Shown: in pieces, positions 10,569 to 24,428 of the stretch
How the letters are laid out: every line of letters starts with the position of its first letter
How positions within the stretch are numbered: position 1 is the first letter of the stretch
NCBI GenBank assembly: GCA_044892505.1
Contig: CM097883.1
Coordinates: forward strand, 448,570,001 to 448,634,000
Direction of reading: 5' to 3'
From: Schmidtea nova
Lineage: Eukaryota
Length of the DNA stretch: 64,000 nt
The notes under the pieces: model-generated
What the model saw: the letters and a program-made list of their open reading frames with translations, nothing else
Database searches by the model: none
What the model was told of the DNA's origin: nothing
Made by a program: the position numbers and the translations under genes

Positions 10569-13241
10569 CACTGATGTATTGGTAAAGTAAGAAGTGACGG
10601 TTCGCATGGTGAGTGTAAAAAAATAGTCCGCAACTTTCCACAAGCAGCTTCTTGAAAGTTTTTCGGATGTCATCTTATTTTAAGCAAACTATTGTTTTCC
10701 TTGTAAGTTTTTTATAATTTTTTATTCTTACTATGTAAAATATTAACAAACACAAAAATAAGAAATTCGAAAAAAGATAAAAATAAGAATTTTAAAGATA
10801 TTATTATTATTATGCAGTTAACTTATAGTGTACTACAAAAACTCCTAAATAGGATCACACAAAATTTCAACATTTGCTCCTGCTCTTTTAGTTTGCTGGT
10901 CAGTAGCGGATCGATGAGAACACAACCAGGTTTTTACGTATAAAATTTCAAAGGTGGTCCATGAAGTTTTTTATACAATAAATTTGCAACATGGTCAATT
11001 AAAATGCGTGATCTTCTTTCTGTTATAATTAAATTCATGCTGCTAAAACCACGCTCGCATTGTGAAGAACTGCAAGCTATAATTTTAGAATATTTTTTAA
11101 CGTTTCCAAATCGTCTGAAATGTTACAATCACCACAAGCCAAATAAATTTTCCCCCAAAATTTTCCCAAAAGATAAATTAAAGCGTTGGCACAGAGATTC
11201 TACTTCTTTTTCACCAAATTCCATATTAATTTCAGATGGCCATTCGGTTGGTTCAAGAATTCGCAATTCTTCAACAATGTCGGAAATGTCGGAAGTCAAA
11301 ATGCCATCTGAACCTGAACAATTTGCAGATGTAGTATTTAGCCTATTCCTCATACTATTAATAATACTAATTAAGAATTGATTTCTGTGAATCAAATTTG
11401 TCATTTTATTATCCGTCAATGAAATTGAAGATAATTGCATTATTTCACAAGCAGAAACTGCTTCCAACGACTTTTTTTCTTTCTGAGGATTTTTTAAATA
11501 TTCTAAATAAGTGATTGTGTGGCGAATCAATTTATCTGCATATACTATTGAATTTTCTCATTTTTGCAATGCTTCTGATAGAATAGATAGCTCGAAAAGA
11601 ACATCATACATTAAGGCCAAATTTTGAATAAATTGTTTTGATGATATTCTTTTATATAATCCATTGAACCGTTTAGTGTGGTTGTTGTCTTCACTCACAT
11701 TTTCGAAATCATGACATAAAGATAACCAATTCTGCCGAACTGCTGATACAATCCTAAAGGAGCTGGCCAGCCATCTGACGTTAAATATACGTCAAATACG
11801 TTTAATTTTTACACCGAGAGCATTTGCATATGTTTCAATTCCTCTTTGATTTTTCGGAGAAAGACTATATAAGGAGTAAAACTTGTCCATAATTATTTAA
11901 AAATGATTAACCCCATTAACCTCAGAAATAGAATCTCTTACCGACAATTCGAACCTATGGTTTAGACAATGTCATGTAATTAGATTCGGATATTTCTGTG
12001 TTAGTCTTGTTCCTACTCCAGATTTTCTTCCTAACATAACACTGCCCCATCGCTTGTAAATGAAATTAAATGGTGTTTTAAATAATTATGATCAAAACCA
12101 ATTAAATCAAGAAACAAGAAATGAAAATCTTTCATTTTATCGGTTTCGCATTTTAAATAAATAATAAGACCAGGCATTTTACTTAAAGTGGTAGATTCAT
12201 CTATGATAATAGATAAGTTTCCTTGAACTTTTACTATTTGCTGACAAATTTCGGATTTCATTTGAATTCGTATATGATCAATTAATTCTGTAACACTGAA
12301 TCTAGATCGTAATCCGTGAGCTATAGTAAATCCATTCATTTCTTGAAGTTTTAATAAATCAAATATGGGCGATCATGTTTAGCAATATAATAAGCAGTTC
12401 TAAAAACCTTACTGATGCTACAAATTTCAGAATCTTTCAACTTATCTACAATAATTTAAAACTTTTACTTGTCTGCTTCTTTTAACATTCTCTCAGCTGT
12501 TGTATGTGAAAATCTTTTACAATTTCTTTTCGCAAAGAAGTTAGTTGTACGGCTTTATCGTTTCCATAAGCTGATACCTGAGTGTCTCTCCATTCTTTTG
12601 AGATGCTTACTCCCTGAGTCTTTAAAGGTCCTAAATTTTGAATAGCCGAACAGCTTAGACATCCTTATTTTTCGGAATCTCATTTTAGCCAAGCATAATG
12701 TTTTTTCTTTTCGAACCACATATCTGCAGTGCAAATACTCGACCATTTTATTAATGGGGACTCTGCTTCTTTTTGAACATTTTTCTGTTGATGTTGATGG
12801 AATATTCATTGGTTTTTCCTTAGTTTCCAGCACTTGCACATTTTCTTCTTGTTGTGTTTTAAGTTGTTTTTCCAAAGAAACTGTCCAAAGAGGGCTGCTT
12901 ACGTTTTTCGCTCATTTTCAATTTTTAATATGAAAAATTAATTTGCATTGTAGATTTTTCGAAATATTTCTGCAATAATTAAAATTAATATGCATTATTT
13001 TTATCCATTAAAAAATATTTAAACTACCTTCAGTTGATTTGATTTAAAAGGGAAAAATGAACATGACACAAAAAGCAAGATAAATTCTCTATTAATTAAC
13101 ATATATTTTGAAATGTTTTTGCAAATTCGCTTATTTAAAATATAATTTTCATTTGAAATTTAAAAAATGACTACTAAAAAAAGTACCGAAACGCGTTTCG
13201 TTTCTGGGAAAAGGTGCCACCCCCCTCCCAATACATCACTG
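10569..13241 (-). mobile_element. Full-length defective hAT transposon (KIAA1586/ZNF862-like transposase)
   Basis: 14-bp TIRs CACTGATGTATTGG(10569-10582)/CCAATACATCACTG(13228-13241) with 1 mismatch. The 8-bp TSD is CTTTCAAT/AGTTCAAT (6/8). Minus-strand transposase fragments: IIIDESTTLSK, LISFTSDGA, HCLNHRFEL, NVRWLASS, LEPTEWP..FGEKEV..LCQRFNL. Many stops and frameshifts. Confidence 0.92.
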
Positions 13242-14758
13242 AGTTCAATGGAACTTGGTGATAAGCTTTGACAAGGTTAATAGTTGAAAATGTTTTTACT
13301 TTACTTAAAAATTGAACTTTTAAATAATTCTAAATTTGTGTATATAAGTATAATTCCCAAAACCTGCCGTGGCCTTAAGTTGTGTAAGCTCGAGATCAGC
13401 GGCGTAATATACGGTAAATGGACTAAGCAACCGCGGGAGCCCCTTGCTTGTAAGGGGCCCTAAAAAGGCCGATTGTGTTAAATTATTAAGTTAAACATTG
13501 TTTTATAACACTTGTATTCAATTTTATGTTTATTTTTTTCTACCAGCACCAGAAACCAAAAAATATCGACTCCCCACCAAAGGTAAAAGGTTTTGAGGGC
13601 TCCGTTATTTTTATCGCTTAGTGCCTCTATTTGACTTGTCCACCACTGCTTGAGATAGTATATTATATTAGAATCTTTAATCAAACACTGGGCAAATATT
13701 TTTTTCAGAAAAAAAAAATTTTGAAAAATTAACTTTAGGTAGAAAACGAGTTTATTATTACATGAATAACAAGAATAGGGAAAACGTTTTTATGAATGAC
13801 TTCCTTTCATAAAACTGACATGAGGAAAATTTAAAGTTGTCGTTATCAATATTAGTAAAAATTTTATATTTTGTAAAATGATTCATGTTTGATACATTAC
13901 GAACGTTAAGATAAATTTAATATAGAAATAAATCGTATTAAATAAAAGATAAAATCGTGGATAAAACCAATATTAAATAGCTTAAAAGTTATCATCACTA
14001 ACCCCCCCCCCTTATCCCTCCTCCACACTGCTATCACTGTCCAGACAAACTTAAAAACAATTAAAATATACTCAAATGTCAATGTGAAATACCGAATAAA
14101 ATAGACGTGACAGACCACCACATGAAATTTGATATCTCACTTGGCCTGCACTTGATACAATGAAAGCGTCACAAGTTTAGATCAAACTCCCTTGATTTCT
14201 GAAAATTTCCGCTGTTTATAAAATAGAATTAATTTTATTGTTTTAATAAAATACATTACAAAAATAAAATATTTTTATTGAAAACTTATCGGCGCGTAAC
14301 AACTCCACTGTGACCATAGGTAAATTATTAATATTTTAGTTGACAATTATTATGTGTTGACTTCAGCGAAATGAACTTTGAAATTTTGTATCATTTCATC
14401 GAACTGGCTTTCACTAGTCGAATGATTGATCGCTCTATCACGTTTTGAGCATTTACTATTTAGACTTTTCTAATAATAGTCGAAGGTGTGTTTTTAAGCG
14501 TATTTTTTAAAATCATCTGGTCAATGCGTGATAAATAGAATGATTGAAACGATTTGATTGGCTGATTATTATTGGATATTGAAATAGCCTTGATAATGCA
14601 TGTTATTTGAAATGAAGAGTCTAGAGTACAATGTGAAATTATTTATATAGTCGTAATAGCAAAAATTTTAATTTTGTTTGTTATCAATTTTTATGGTATG
14701 CAGGTTAGAAAAGATTGATAATGAAATTTTATTATTGTTTTTTTCGTATTATTAAAAG

Positions 14759-16886
14759 GACCAATTTGAATTGGCAAATATTTTGGTGTCAATGATGAAT
14801 TACGAATACGCAGATCAGTTTCGGTCGTTGAAGTTAAAACTCAATAGAACTCGTGTTGGAAAATCAACTTGTAAAAATTATGTAGCCGAAAAGAATCCGA
14901 ATTTAACTTCAGTAAGTCGGTTCATTTAAATTTAATGGTTATTAAATTCAATTAATTAATGAAATGTAATTGTTCCAATTTAATAATAGTAAAATGCTAG
15001 CAAGAAAATCAAAAAAAATGCTTACATAATTAAATTTATTGAAAACTGTTATTATAATTGCGTATATGACTTTTAGCATTAATGAAAAAAAAAATAATTA
15101 TATATTTATATAATTATAAATTTTTAATTTTATCGAAAATAAATCAAAATTTTATATATATATATTTTGTTAAGTTCAAAGGCAATTTAATTATAAATTT
15201 TTAGTGTTTCATCAGCTAACCTAATGAGGTAATTAAATTTTGCGGGTTTTCGATAAACGTTAAAACAATTGCTTATTTAATGTAGAGTTTTAAATGCTAA
15301 TATGCTTATTAATTTTATGAATTAATAATCGTTCCAGTAATTTATTTTGGATAATGTTTCACTTTTAAAAATCTTTTATTTTTGATATTCATGAAATACA
15401 TTGAAAAACTTGACAATTTATATAAAATTTTATTCAACACAATTTTTCGGCAGGATTTGTTGATTTATTGGCCATCTTGTTTTTGGCATAATTCTTTCCT
15501 CGGAAAAATTGATAATAATTAGGTGACATTGGGGCTATATAGTTTATCCTTTTCACATTTAAGTATTTAAAAATAAATATTAAATTTCACTTAAAATGTT
15601 TTTAATTTTTTTCTGATAAATTGTCAGTTGTAATCAAATTTTTATAAATAGTTATCAGTTTTCATTACCTGCTCTATAAATAAACTTATTTTAATTCAAT
15701 TACATATAATTTACCAGCTGTTCGAAATGTTAATATTTTTTATTTTTAAGGATATTCTTTGAAAAAAATGCTCACAATATTCGGTACGACAATTATTTTT
15801 TACTTTTAATTTTAAATTCTTTGTTAAGAACTTTTTTAATTACTTTTTTAATTAAGCCTAAAAATAATAATAATTTTTCGACAGAAAAAAAACTATTTTA
15901 CGCAACCGAAAAAATGTTAAGAAAGTTATAAAATTATTTTCAAGACAAATGGGGCCCAAGGAGACCAACAGTACAATTGTTTTTATTTTTTAAAATATAT
16001 TCTATTTAAATAATATTAACTTGGAGTTTAAAATTTTTTTCGCTTGTTCTTAGTCAAATCCCAACAATTATTTGGTTGCCGGAAAAAAAGCCAACGGAAA
16101 AAAGCCACAGAAATAAAAGTCACAAATGTTAGGGTTTAGGGTTAGGGGTATTCACTCATGTAAATCTGCTCACTTTTTTGGATAAAAGCAATAATTTTCA
16201 AGACATTTTATCATTCATTCATAATTTTTAATATTTTAAATAATAGAATAAAATAAATAAATATATTAATATAAAATTCTGGCATTATATTAAGCATAAT
16301 GGAATATAAAATTATTGAAAGTCAGAAAGGAAATAAGAAGTTATGTTTAGATGGTTATATGTATGTAACAAAGCATAACGGAAAGCAGTAGATTTTTATT
16401 TGAAATATCATTTAACATTTTTATATACTTTTTTATGGTTTTTTTATGGTTTTGCTTGACTTAAATTTTCATTAAATGAATTTATAATTGTCACATTATC
16501 TAAACTGTTTCTGGCTTTTTTCACCAAGTATCCCAAAAATTCCATTAAACATCTTTTTATCATAGAAAGTGTTTAAATGAAATTCATTAATTTCGAAATA
16601 TACTTACTTTTTGTTGATAATTAATAGTAAATTTAACACTTAAGAAATCAATTTGTGTTCTGAAATAGGTAAAATGAAATCCCATTTTAAAATTTATTTT
16701 AATATTTTAAAACTATGTTGAAGAGGAAAATAACAGTTATTTACAAATCGATTTATATTGGTCTTTGTTTCCAAGTCGACCAATATTCGCAGATGACAGA
16801 CGTGCCGAGGAAATTATTGCTGCTTGCAAATTAGTAGAACGTCATAAATCGGACAAATTCGTTGAGTGGTTAAAAATTACCTTTTG
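14759..16886 (+). CDS. Candidate exons of an unidentified multi-exon gene (possibly pseudogenised)
   Basis: AG|14759-14911|GTAAGT is open (DQFELANILVSMMNYEYADQFRSLKLKLNRTRVGKSTCKNYVAEKNPNLTS). AG|16776-16886|GT is open (RPIFADDRRAEEIIAACKLVERHKSDKFVEWLKITF) and is phase-compatible with a small exon ending near 15783. No full model could be built. Confidence 0.35.
16074..16533 (+). mobile_element. Non-autonomous Mutator-like (FLYWCH) element
   Basis: Subterminal GAAAAAAGCCA units at the left end and TGGCTTTTTTC at the right end. Putative 9-bp TSD CAATTATTT/CAAAAATTC (6/9). Mini-ORF 16299-16391 MEYKIIESQKGNKKLCLDGYMY resembles the start of a FLYWCH finger. Internal degenerate TTAGGG x3 at about 16127-16148. 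Confidence 0.55.
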
Positions 16887-19430
16887 GTTTTAATTAATTA
16901 TTTTTTTATTTTCATACATTTATTTAAATTACTTCGATTGTTGAAATAAGCGTTAAAATATTCCTATTTGTAACTCTCTATTTTCAAGGTTATTCTTTAT
17001 CTCAATCTTTCTTTTTATAATACTTTTTTATAACAATTTACATGTGATACCGATCAATGTAGATTGGGATTTTTTAAAATGAACATTTAAAGATTAATTT
17101 GTCATAATTTTTTTATTGCAAAGTTTTTTCAATGAAATTGAAACTTTTGAATAGTTTAGAAATGACAATGATAATGACGTCTGTCATAACTGTGAACTGA
17201 TTGCTTTGATTTTGTTTTGAAAACTCTTTTCTGCCTGCTTAATTAATTTTATTTGATGACATGCATTGGTGACATTTAAAGTTTACACAAAAAATATCTT
17301 TTAAAAAGAACTCTGCATAAACAGTACACAGGTTACAAATAAATTCATTAAAAAAATAAGTAATTTTTCAAATTTCCGCAAAATTAGTGTTGACACGTGT
17401 TACTCATAATTATATTTTGTTGAAAATTATTTAACCATTTTTTTATAAAGATATCTTTTAAGGTTTTTATTTTCATCTCATAATGATATGAGATCACTAT
17501 AAAAGCTTTGAAAAATTATCTTTGTTCTACACTTTTATTTTTATTTAAATTTAAAATACTTTCTAGGAAATTATGATTTTTTAGCATGCTTTTGGGAATT
17601 ATTTACATTAAAAGTAAGTTAAAAAATCATTTTTAACTAAGATTTTTTATAAGAATTATTATTAACCAAAAAAATTCTATTTATATCTGAAATATTTTTT
17701 TTGGATATTCCAAAAAATCATCTAAAACAGAAGTAGTTTTCTTCATTTTGCATGGCATTGATCATTCTGATTTGTTCGTTTTAAAATTTATCATTTTTGA
17801 GTTTTATTTTCTATTTCAAGCATTGTTAAATTTTATTTTGTCCTACATTATCTGGAACTTCTAAAATATCTAAATTGCTGTGTAAATATATTTAAATGTC
17901 TTTAAATTGAAAATATTTTGACGGTATTATTTCTTTGGCTTCTGAAAACGGAAAAACTTTACAAAAAAAATTTCGAAAATATATTAAAATGCATTAAAAT
18001 AAAGCTTAGGACGTTATTTGTCCCCAACTTCTCTGTGAAATATTTTAAATTTTTACCAACAAACCCCAATTTCAAAATAAGTAAATTTATTATAGATCTC
18101 TTAATCATGTAAAACATATTGATCTTTATAGTTTGCTGCTTGAGTGTAAAATTTAATTTTTTCTTCCACTTTGTTTACCACATATTAAATCATTTAAACT
18201 ATGTAAAGTAAAAATTTAACACCACCACAAGTTTTCATTTGATATTGGTAATTTTTAACTTGTATTATAGAATCTCTTAATGTATGAAAACAGGTGTACA
18301 ATTGATATTTCCCATAATTGGCATCGGTTAACCTAATAAGCATATTTGAAGCTGTGAAATATAAGAAACATATTATTGAATTGAAGCTATGACAAATCGT
18401 TTCCAATTTTCAATCATTTTAGGAATTTGATAACATAAGAATTTCAGAAATTTTCTTTTTTTATACAATAGATCAAGTTTTAGAAAAAGTACATGAATTT
18501 TCAGCACTATATTTTTTCGTAAATATTTAGAAAATATAACCCTAGCGATGAAGACCAGAACAAAAAATAATTAATTTAATTTCTCATTATAAGTAACAAT
18601 ATACTTATCCAATGTATTAACAATATAGTTTTTTGTATATATTATATCCATTAACAAAGCTTATTTCTAAAATTTATTTATTTAATCTCTTAACACTGAA
18701 CACTAGAAATTCGCAACGTACCTTTTCTAGAATTATATGCGTGGCAGAAAAAAATATTTTTCGAGCCATGATCGAGTTCAGTATATTAAGTACATTCCTA
18801 TCTTAAGATATAAAAATAATAATATAAAAAAAATATTTTATTAATTAATTAAAAATTAAAATTAATTAATTCAGAGGATATTATTACAGCAAACCTGTCC
18901 AATGAATTTCTTCATATAATCATTTATTAAATTGTTAATTAATTTAATTAATCTTATATAATAAAAGAATTTTGAATGAATTTCTTTCATGAACCTTTGT
19001 TTCTGTACTTTACTTTATTACCTTAGCATCTTCTGTAATAAGTTTTAAAATCTGAACACCAATTTCAATACAATTTACTCTTTTTTAAACGTAATCAAAA
19101 TCCCAATTCTCCTAAATGCTACTTTCACAAGCAATCTTACATAATTAATTTTCTTTTAATTTAATTAACTTTTTTTAAACTTTTATTTGATATAATTTTA
19201 AAAATCTTTTATTTATTACTGATTTTAAAACAACTATTATTGGAAATTTGATTTAAAAACAAAACTGAACCTGTTTTTTCAAAGTTCAAAGTACATAATA
19301 CAATATTCAAAATCCAAATTGTGACCAGACTGTCAACTTAATTGCAATGAATCAGACCAAAATATACGATTTTAGAGGGGTATGACTTCCTTATCTTGTG
19401 AATTAGCATGTTGGCTGTTACCATATTCAG

Positions 19431-20740
19431 CAGTGATTTCTAAACTTTATGATACTACGCCCTCCCCCTTTAGAAAACTAATAATAATAATTAAAATAAT
19501 ACCGAAATAAATTTATTAATACAAAATATGAAAAAAAAACATAATTGGCATAATAGTAATAAAGAGTAGGGAAAAGTGTGGGCGGGGAAAAAATTGTCAT
19601 TGATGACATCCTAAAAAATTTTAAATGGCGGCGTGCAAAAAATTTATCCCCAAGGGGTCGCTTGATTCTGATTGGTTATGACTCATCGATTATGCAATTT
19701 CATTTGTTTCCTTTCTACACTTCTCCCTACTATAAGGGTTTTTTCTAAAGGTATATAAATATTTAAATTTATTTGTTTTTAATGCGAAAGATGTTCTTGT
19801 TTATTACTACAAAATTTATCAAATCTGGGGGGAGTCATTGAGGGGAGAGCTACACTCAGCTTTGTTTCTACTGCTTAAGCAGGCTCGATATTTAAATTTC
19901 ATTGTAGCTAAATAAATAAGATGTTACGAATGGAAGCAATGCTTGCATTGTTTTCACTTTTCAATTTTCACTTCGACTTTCTCTTGTATTCATTTGTCCA
20001 AAAATAATAGGAATAAATTTATATTCTTAAAAATTATTAACTATTATTATCAGTGAGTCGTTTATTTTATATTTAAATCTAAATTTTATTCAGTGGTTCC
20101 CAGACTTATTTGGCCTACCACCTCCTTTTCAGAAAAACATATTACTCAGCGCCCCCTGAAAATCTACATTCTTTAAGTGAACAAACAGAAAGATATGTGT
20201 CTATATTTCTACAAATGACCTAAAGTATAGTAAAGAAAGATGTTGTAAATAAGACACCTTGGAGCTTGAAATTATAAAATTATTTATTAAAATCACAGAA
20301 AATTAATGCGCGAACATCAACACTTGCTTCTTAAGACCTACCAGTGGGCTAGATCGGTAATAATTTGCATTTTGTGCGTTTATTGGGAAAATAATGTTAC
20401 ACAACGGTTACACAACAGATGAAATATGTACGACTGGGTTTTTCTAAATCTTCTTCATTTCTCTTTCTTCTTTGTGTTTTCACCACCTCCTCCGCCAAAT
20501 GCGCCGAGCTACTATCGCCTACTTTTGGAATCACTGATCTAAATGATAATAAATAATTATTTTTAATAAAATAAATGAATAAGATTCTACAAAAATAATA
20601 TTAAAATATATTTGGTTAAGAAGGAATTAAAATTAGAATCATGTTACATTAAAATTACATTTCTGTTAAACTTTAACCGACTCCCTTTGCACTAATCGAC
20701 GCCTTCCAAGGAAGGTTGCTTCCCAGTTTGGAAATCGCTG
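19431..20740. mobile_element. Non-autonomous hAT element containing a second hAT-type end
   Basis: TIRs CAGTGATTTCTAAACT(19431-19446)/AGTTTGGAAATCGCTG(20725-20740), 14/16. TSD ATATTCAG/ATGTTCAA (6/8, both transitions). An extra CAGTGGTTCCCAGACT end lies at 20091. Confidence 0.7.
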
Positions 20741-20937
20741 ATGTTCAAGAGTCACTGGCCTATTTCGTGATCATCTCACCTAACTTTGTCGAGTAAAAAG
20801 AAGTAGACCTAATAAAAAAAGTTTTATTAAAATAGCCTCCATGTATTTTTATTCGATGAAACATGTCGTGCAACTCTTGTATCGTTGACAGAGTTAGATG
20901 AAATGAGAACAAAATAGTCAAGAAGACCTTATAAATG

Positions 20938-20938
<1 letters not shown>

Positions 20939-20995
<57 letters not shown>

Positions 20996-21240
20996 GTATA
21001 TATATATATAAATATTAATATCACTAATTGCCATATTGGTAAGACTTTAAATCAAAATTTCTTTAAATAAGTACACAATATTTCGACACAGCCTTTATCA
21101 AGTAATACACACTTGATAAAGTCTGTGCCGAAATATTGTGTACTTGTTTAAAGAAATTTTGATCTCTAGTCTTACCATTATGAAAATTATTGGTATTAAT
21201 ATTAAAAAAAGATCAAAGGTGACACAAAAAGATAATTATG

Positions 21241-21296
<56 letters not shown>
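20939..21296. mobile_element. (TA)n-flanked foldback element
   Basis: Arms of about 93 bp (21011-21103 and 21111-about 21205) with loop AATACAC. The right arm extends to ...AAAGATAATTATGATA before (TA)n. (TA)n arrays at 20939-21010 and 21244-21296. Confidence 0.85.
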
Positions 21297-21298
<2 letters not shown>

Positions 21299-22404
21299 GC
21301 CATAGTCCATATGGTGCTTAACGTGTTAATTGAAATGTTCATCAAAACCTTAATAATTCCTATGCCATCTCCAAGCAGCCCTTGTTATCCCTCGTCCAAT
21401 CATCCATAAAAAAGCTCTAATGTCATAATCATAGAACCAATTAAAATAAAAACCACAAAAATCAAACCGTTAAAAACTTTTAAAATATTTCAAGGTAAAT
21501 TTTGAACAATGATTTTAGGATCTAAAAACTGCAACTCTATATAAAGAACTCCTTAATAAATGCTAAAGAGTCATTTATGAGACATTGGTGGTGGAATCTC
21601 AATTCAAGTACTGGTAAAATTCTGTTTTATCCCCCATCCCGTTTTCCGTCGACAAAATTGGGTAAACATTTGCCCCTCCATTGATATGTGTAAGGCTATC
21701 CACCATTCACCATTCATTATGCCCATGACAGATATCACTATCATCAACATTTTATCGCCGGAAATCTATATATGTGACTCAAAACACAATGCTGTCTCTT
21801 TCTGTTCTTTGTCTAAAGGATGTTCTAAAAAATTTGTTATTACATATAAAAAGAGCATGATAATGTTCAACCCAATTGTCGTTTCCTTCCATAAAAATTG
21901 CATTCACCAATGGCGGCGGAAATCTTATTCCTAACTGTCTATATAAATAAATTAACAAAATATCAAATTTTGAAAAGAAATATATTGAAATTTTTTTTTT
22001 TAATATCAAAAAATATTTTAATTTTATAATAATTCTTACTTTCTTATAATTTGAACGATATGCAAAATAACTTTTAAAATTACATTAATCTTCATTTAGT
22101 TTTCGACTATAGATCAATGTTTTATCCATCACAAATTTTCGTCATCGCCTTTTCAGTGTGTTATTAAAATTGGATTTGAATCATCAGCATTTATTTATTA
22201 ACATTTAGTTTAAAATTTTTTTTCACATAATCACAACAATAATAATAAGTTTTGGTAATTCAAATTATTAATATTACTGATATTTCCAAATACTATAACC
22301 AAAAAAAAATTTTAAAAAGACGTACTATAGATGCTTTAAAAAATACAAAAAATAATAAGTTATTTTTTATAAAACATCTTTAACAAATTTGTTAAAATTA
22401 TAAT

Positions 22405-23070
22405 TGTTGGGTTATTAATGAGTAGTCAGTGGTATCTGACTCCTGTGTTCTCTTTTATCATGACAATAAATTAGACCCAACACAATAATTTTTATTTCTC
22501 CAATTCAATCACAAAAATATCAATCGCAGAAAGTTATAAATGCTCTGCACTCTGCGTTATGGTAGAAGAGCCAATGAGATATCTCCCTTTCTGGTAGCAG
22601 GAAATTGATAGATCGATACTTTATAACTTCCAATTACCGTTCCAGCTTCATTTTCCACTTTCAGATTTCTCGCTCAACTCTTTTGAATTTTTCTTCGACC
22701 AATTGACGAGTACCGCAATGTATTATTTGTCTTTTATAGTGATTTTTCGATTGGTCCTGTCGCGCCTTAATGGATCTGTCAATTAATCAATTAAATTGGA
22801 AGTTGCCGCTAAATGGGTTTGCGGCTTCTTTCCCGGGGCACCCTTCAATTAGTCCATTTATTTTAATTAATATATTTATCGACGCCCCGGGTTTCCTATT
22901 AGCTCAGGTTTTCTAAATTTATTATTTTAATTAATTTGTATTTTCTTAATATTTCATTCTGGGGCCCCTTTTTAATTTTATATACCCATATTTGAATTCG
23001 TCTCATCCTTCGGCCTAGTCCCATACTACTAAATCTTTATTTTTAAATTTTATACATTTTTAATTAATGT
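22405..23070 (-). mobile_element. LTR-like repeat family, copy 1
   Basis: Read on the minus strand: GGAAACCCG unit, CCAAT, ACTATAAAAGA (TATA), AGAAATAAAAATT (polyA), GGAGTCAGATA, ending AATAACCCAACA. Homologous to 23750-24410 and 31628-32245. Confidence 0.65.
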
Positions 23071-23749
23071 TTGCACTTTAATTATTTTTTCAATTTTCGT
23101 ATTTTTATTGATTTGTGCATAGATTTGTACATTTTAAATTTATTTTCTGTTTATTTCAGCAACCCCAACATAATAACCATAGTAAAATCAATGCATGTAG
23201 CGAAATCTTCAGCTAAATCAAACACATCAGCAGGTTGTTCTGGATCATCAACCAATTCCTGTATATATTTTGACAACTATTATTTTCTTTTTTTAGTCAT
23301 ACTATTTGAAAATATCCGTTAAAATCTAAACATGAAAAAGTGATAACAATAATTGTTAAAAAGAGACAAATACAAAAAATTATTCTCAAGACAAATATCC
23401 AACATGCACTTATTAGGCTCTTCATTGTAATACATTGCATCAATTCTCATTAGTGATACAGAATACTTACAAACATACGTTCATACCAATAATCAAACAC
23501 AACAATTAACCATCATAAATAACCTCTAATCTTGAAACTATGATTTTGACAAATTATAATGTAACAGGTTAATTTAATTAATTGTCCAATATCTACTTAT
23601 TTCTTACAGTAATTAAATATTTTTTGTGTAATCATCTTTCAGAGTGGATATTTTTAGCGGGCCTTGTAAAAGATTATGCAATTTCAAACGTAAAGAGTAA
23701 ATCATTTCTCTCTTTTTATTTATAGGAATACTTATATATTTATTATATA

Positions 23750-24410
23750 TAAAGGGTTTATTTTTAGTCTGTATAAATTTCTGAGTCTTTGTGCTCCTTT
23801 TATAAAATCAATTCAACTCATCCAACACAATAACTTTTATTTGAGTTCAATACAAAATACAATTATCAATAACATTTTTAATGAAATTTGCACTCTTCTG
23901 GCGTTAGGATTAGGTCTTCAGCGGTATACCTCCTTTCTGATACGCGATAATTGATTTGATATATGTGATACTATCTGTCTGATATTTCTCTCCTCTAACT
24001 TTTTGGATCACTCAAAAAAATTGTTTTCGACCAACTGGCAACTTTTTTTTGAGTTTATATAGGGACTCATGTTACTCGAGTTGATTAAGTGCTAATTGAA
24101 TTTTGTTGACGACAATTCCGAATCTTTGGTGTTTTCCTAAATAATTATTAAATTACTTTGTTTATCCATCTGATTTTTCTTATCGCTCGGGTTTCCTGAT
24201 AAATAATTTTTTAATAAATTAGTTTTTTTAATATTTCTTTCTGTGGACCCTCCTTTGATTTTATATTTGAATTTGTTTCATCATTTGGCATTTTCCTATA
24301 CAAGTTTCCCCGTCAAACCTTTATTTGTAATTTTTGTACTTAATTTATTACTTTTTAAATTTTAATGTATTTGTTGTGCTTTTTATTTTATTTTGTGCCT
24401 TTTTAGGCAA
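23750..24410 (-). mobile_element. LTR-like repeat family, copy 2
   Basis: Shares AAATAAAAGTTATTGTGTTGG, TTGGTCGAA, GGAAACCCGAG and the distal AT-rich block with 22405-23070. Confidence 0.55.
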
Positions 24411-24428
24411 ACTGCAACATATTTGTGA

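Noticed and set aside
11906-11920. TTAACCCC piggyBac-like end
   Set aside because: It is part of the hAT transposase coding sequence (EVNGVNHF on the minus strand).
13360-13475. GC-rich hairpin island that looks like a polylinker or ncRNA
   Set aside because: CAGCGGCGTAA...GGGGCCC is typical of hAT-type MITE starts. No matching end or TSD was found and there is no RNA-family signature, so it is left uncalled.
16127-16148. Telomere remnant
   Set aside because: Only three degenerate units, located inside a transposon arm.
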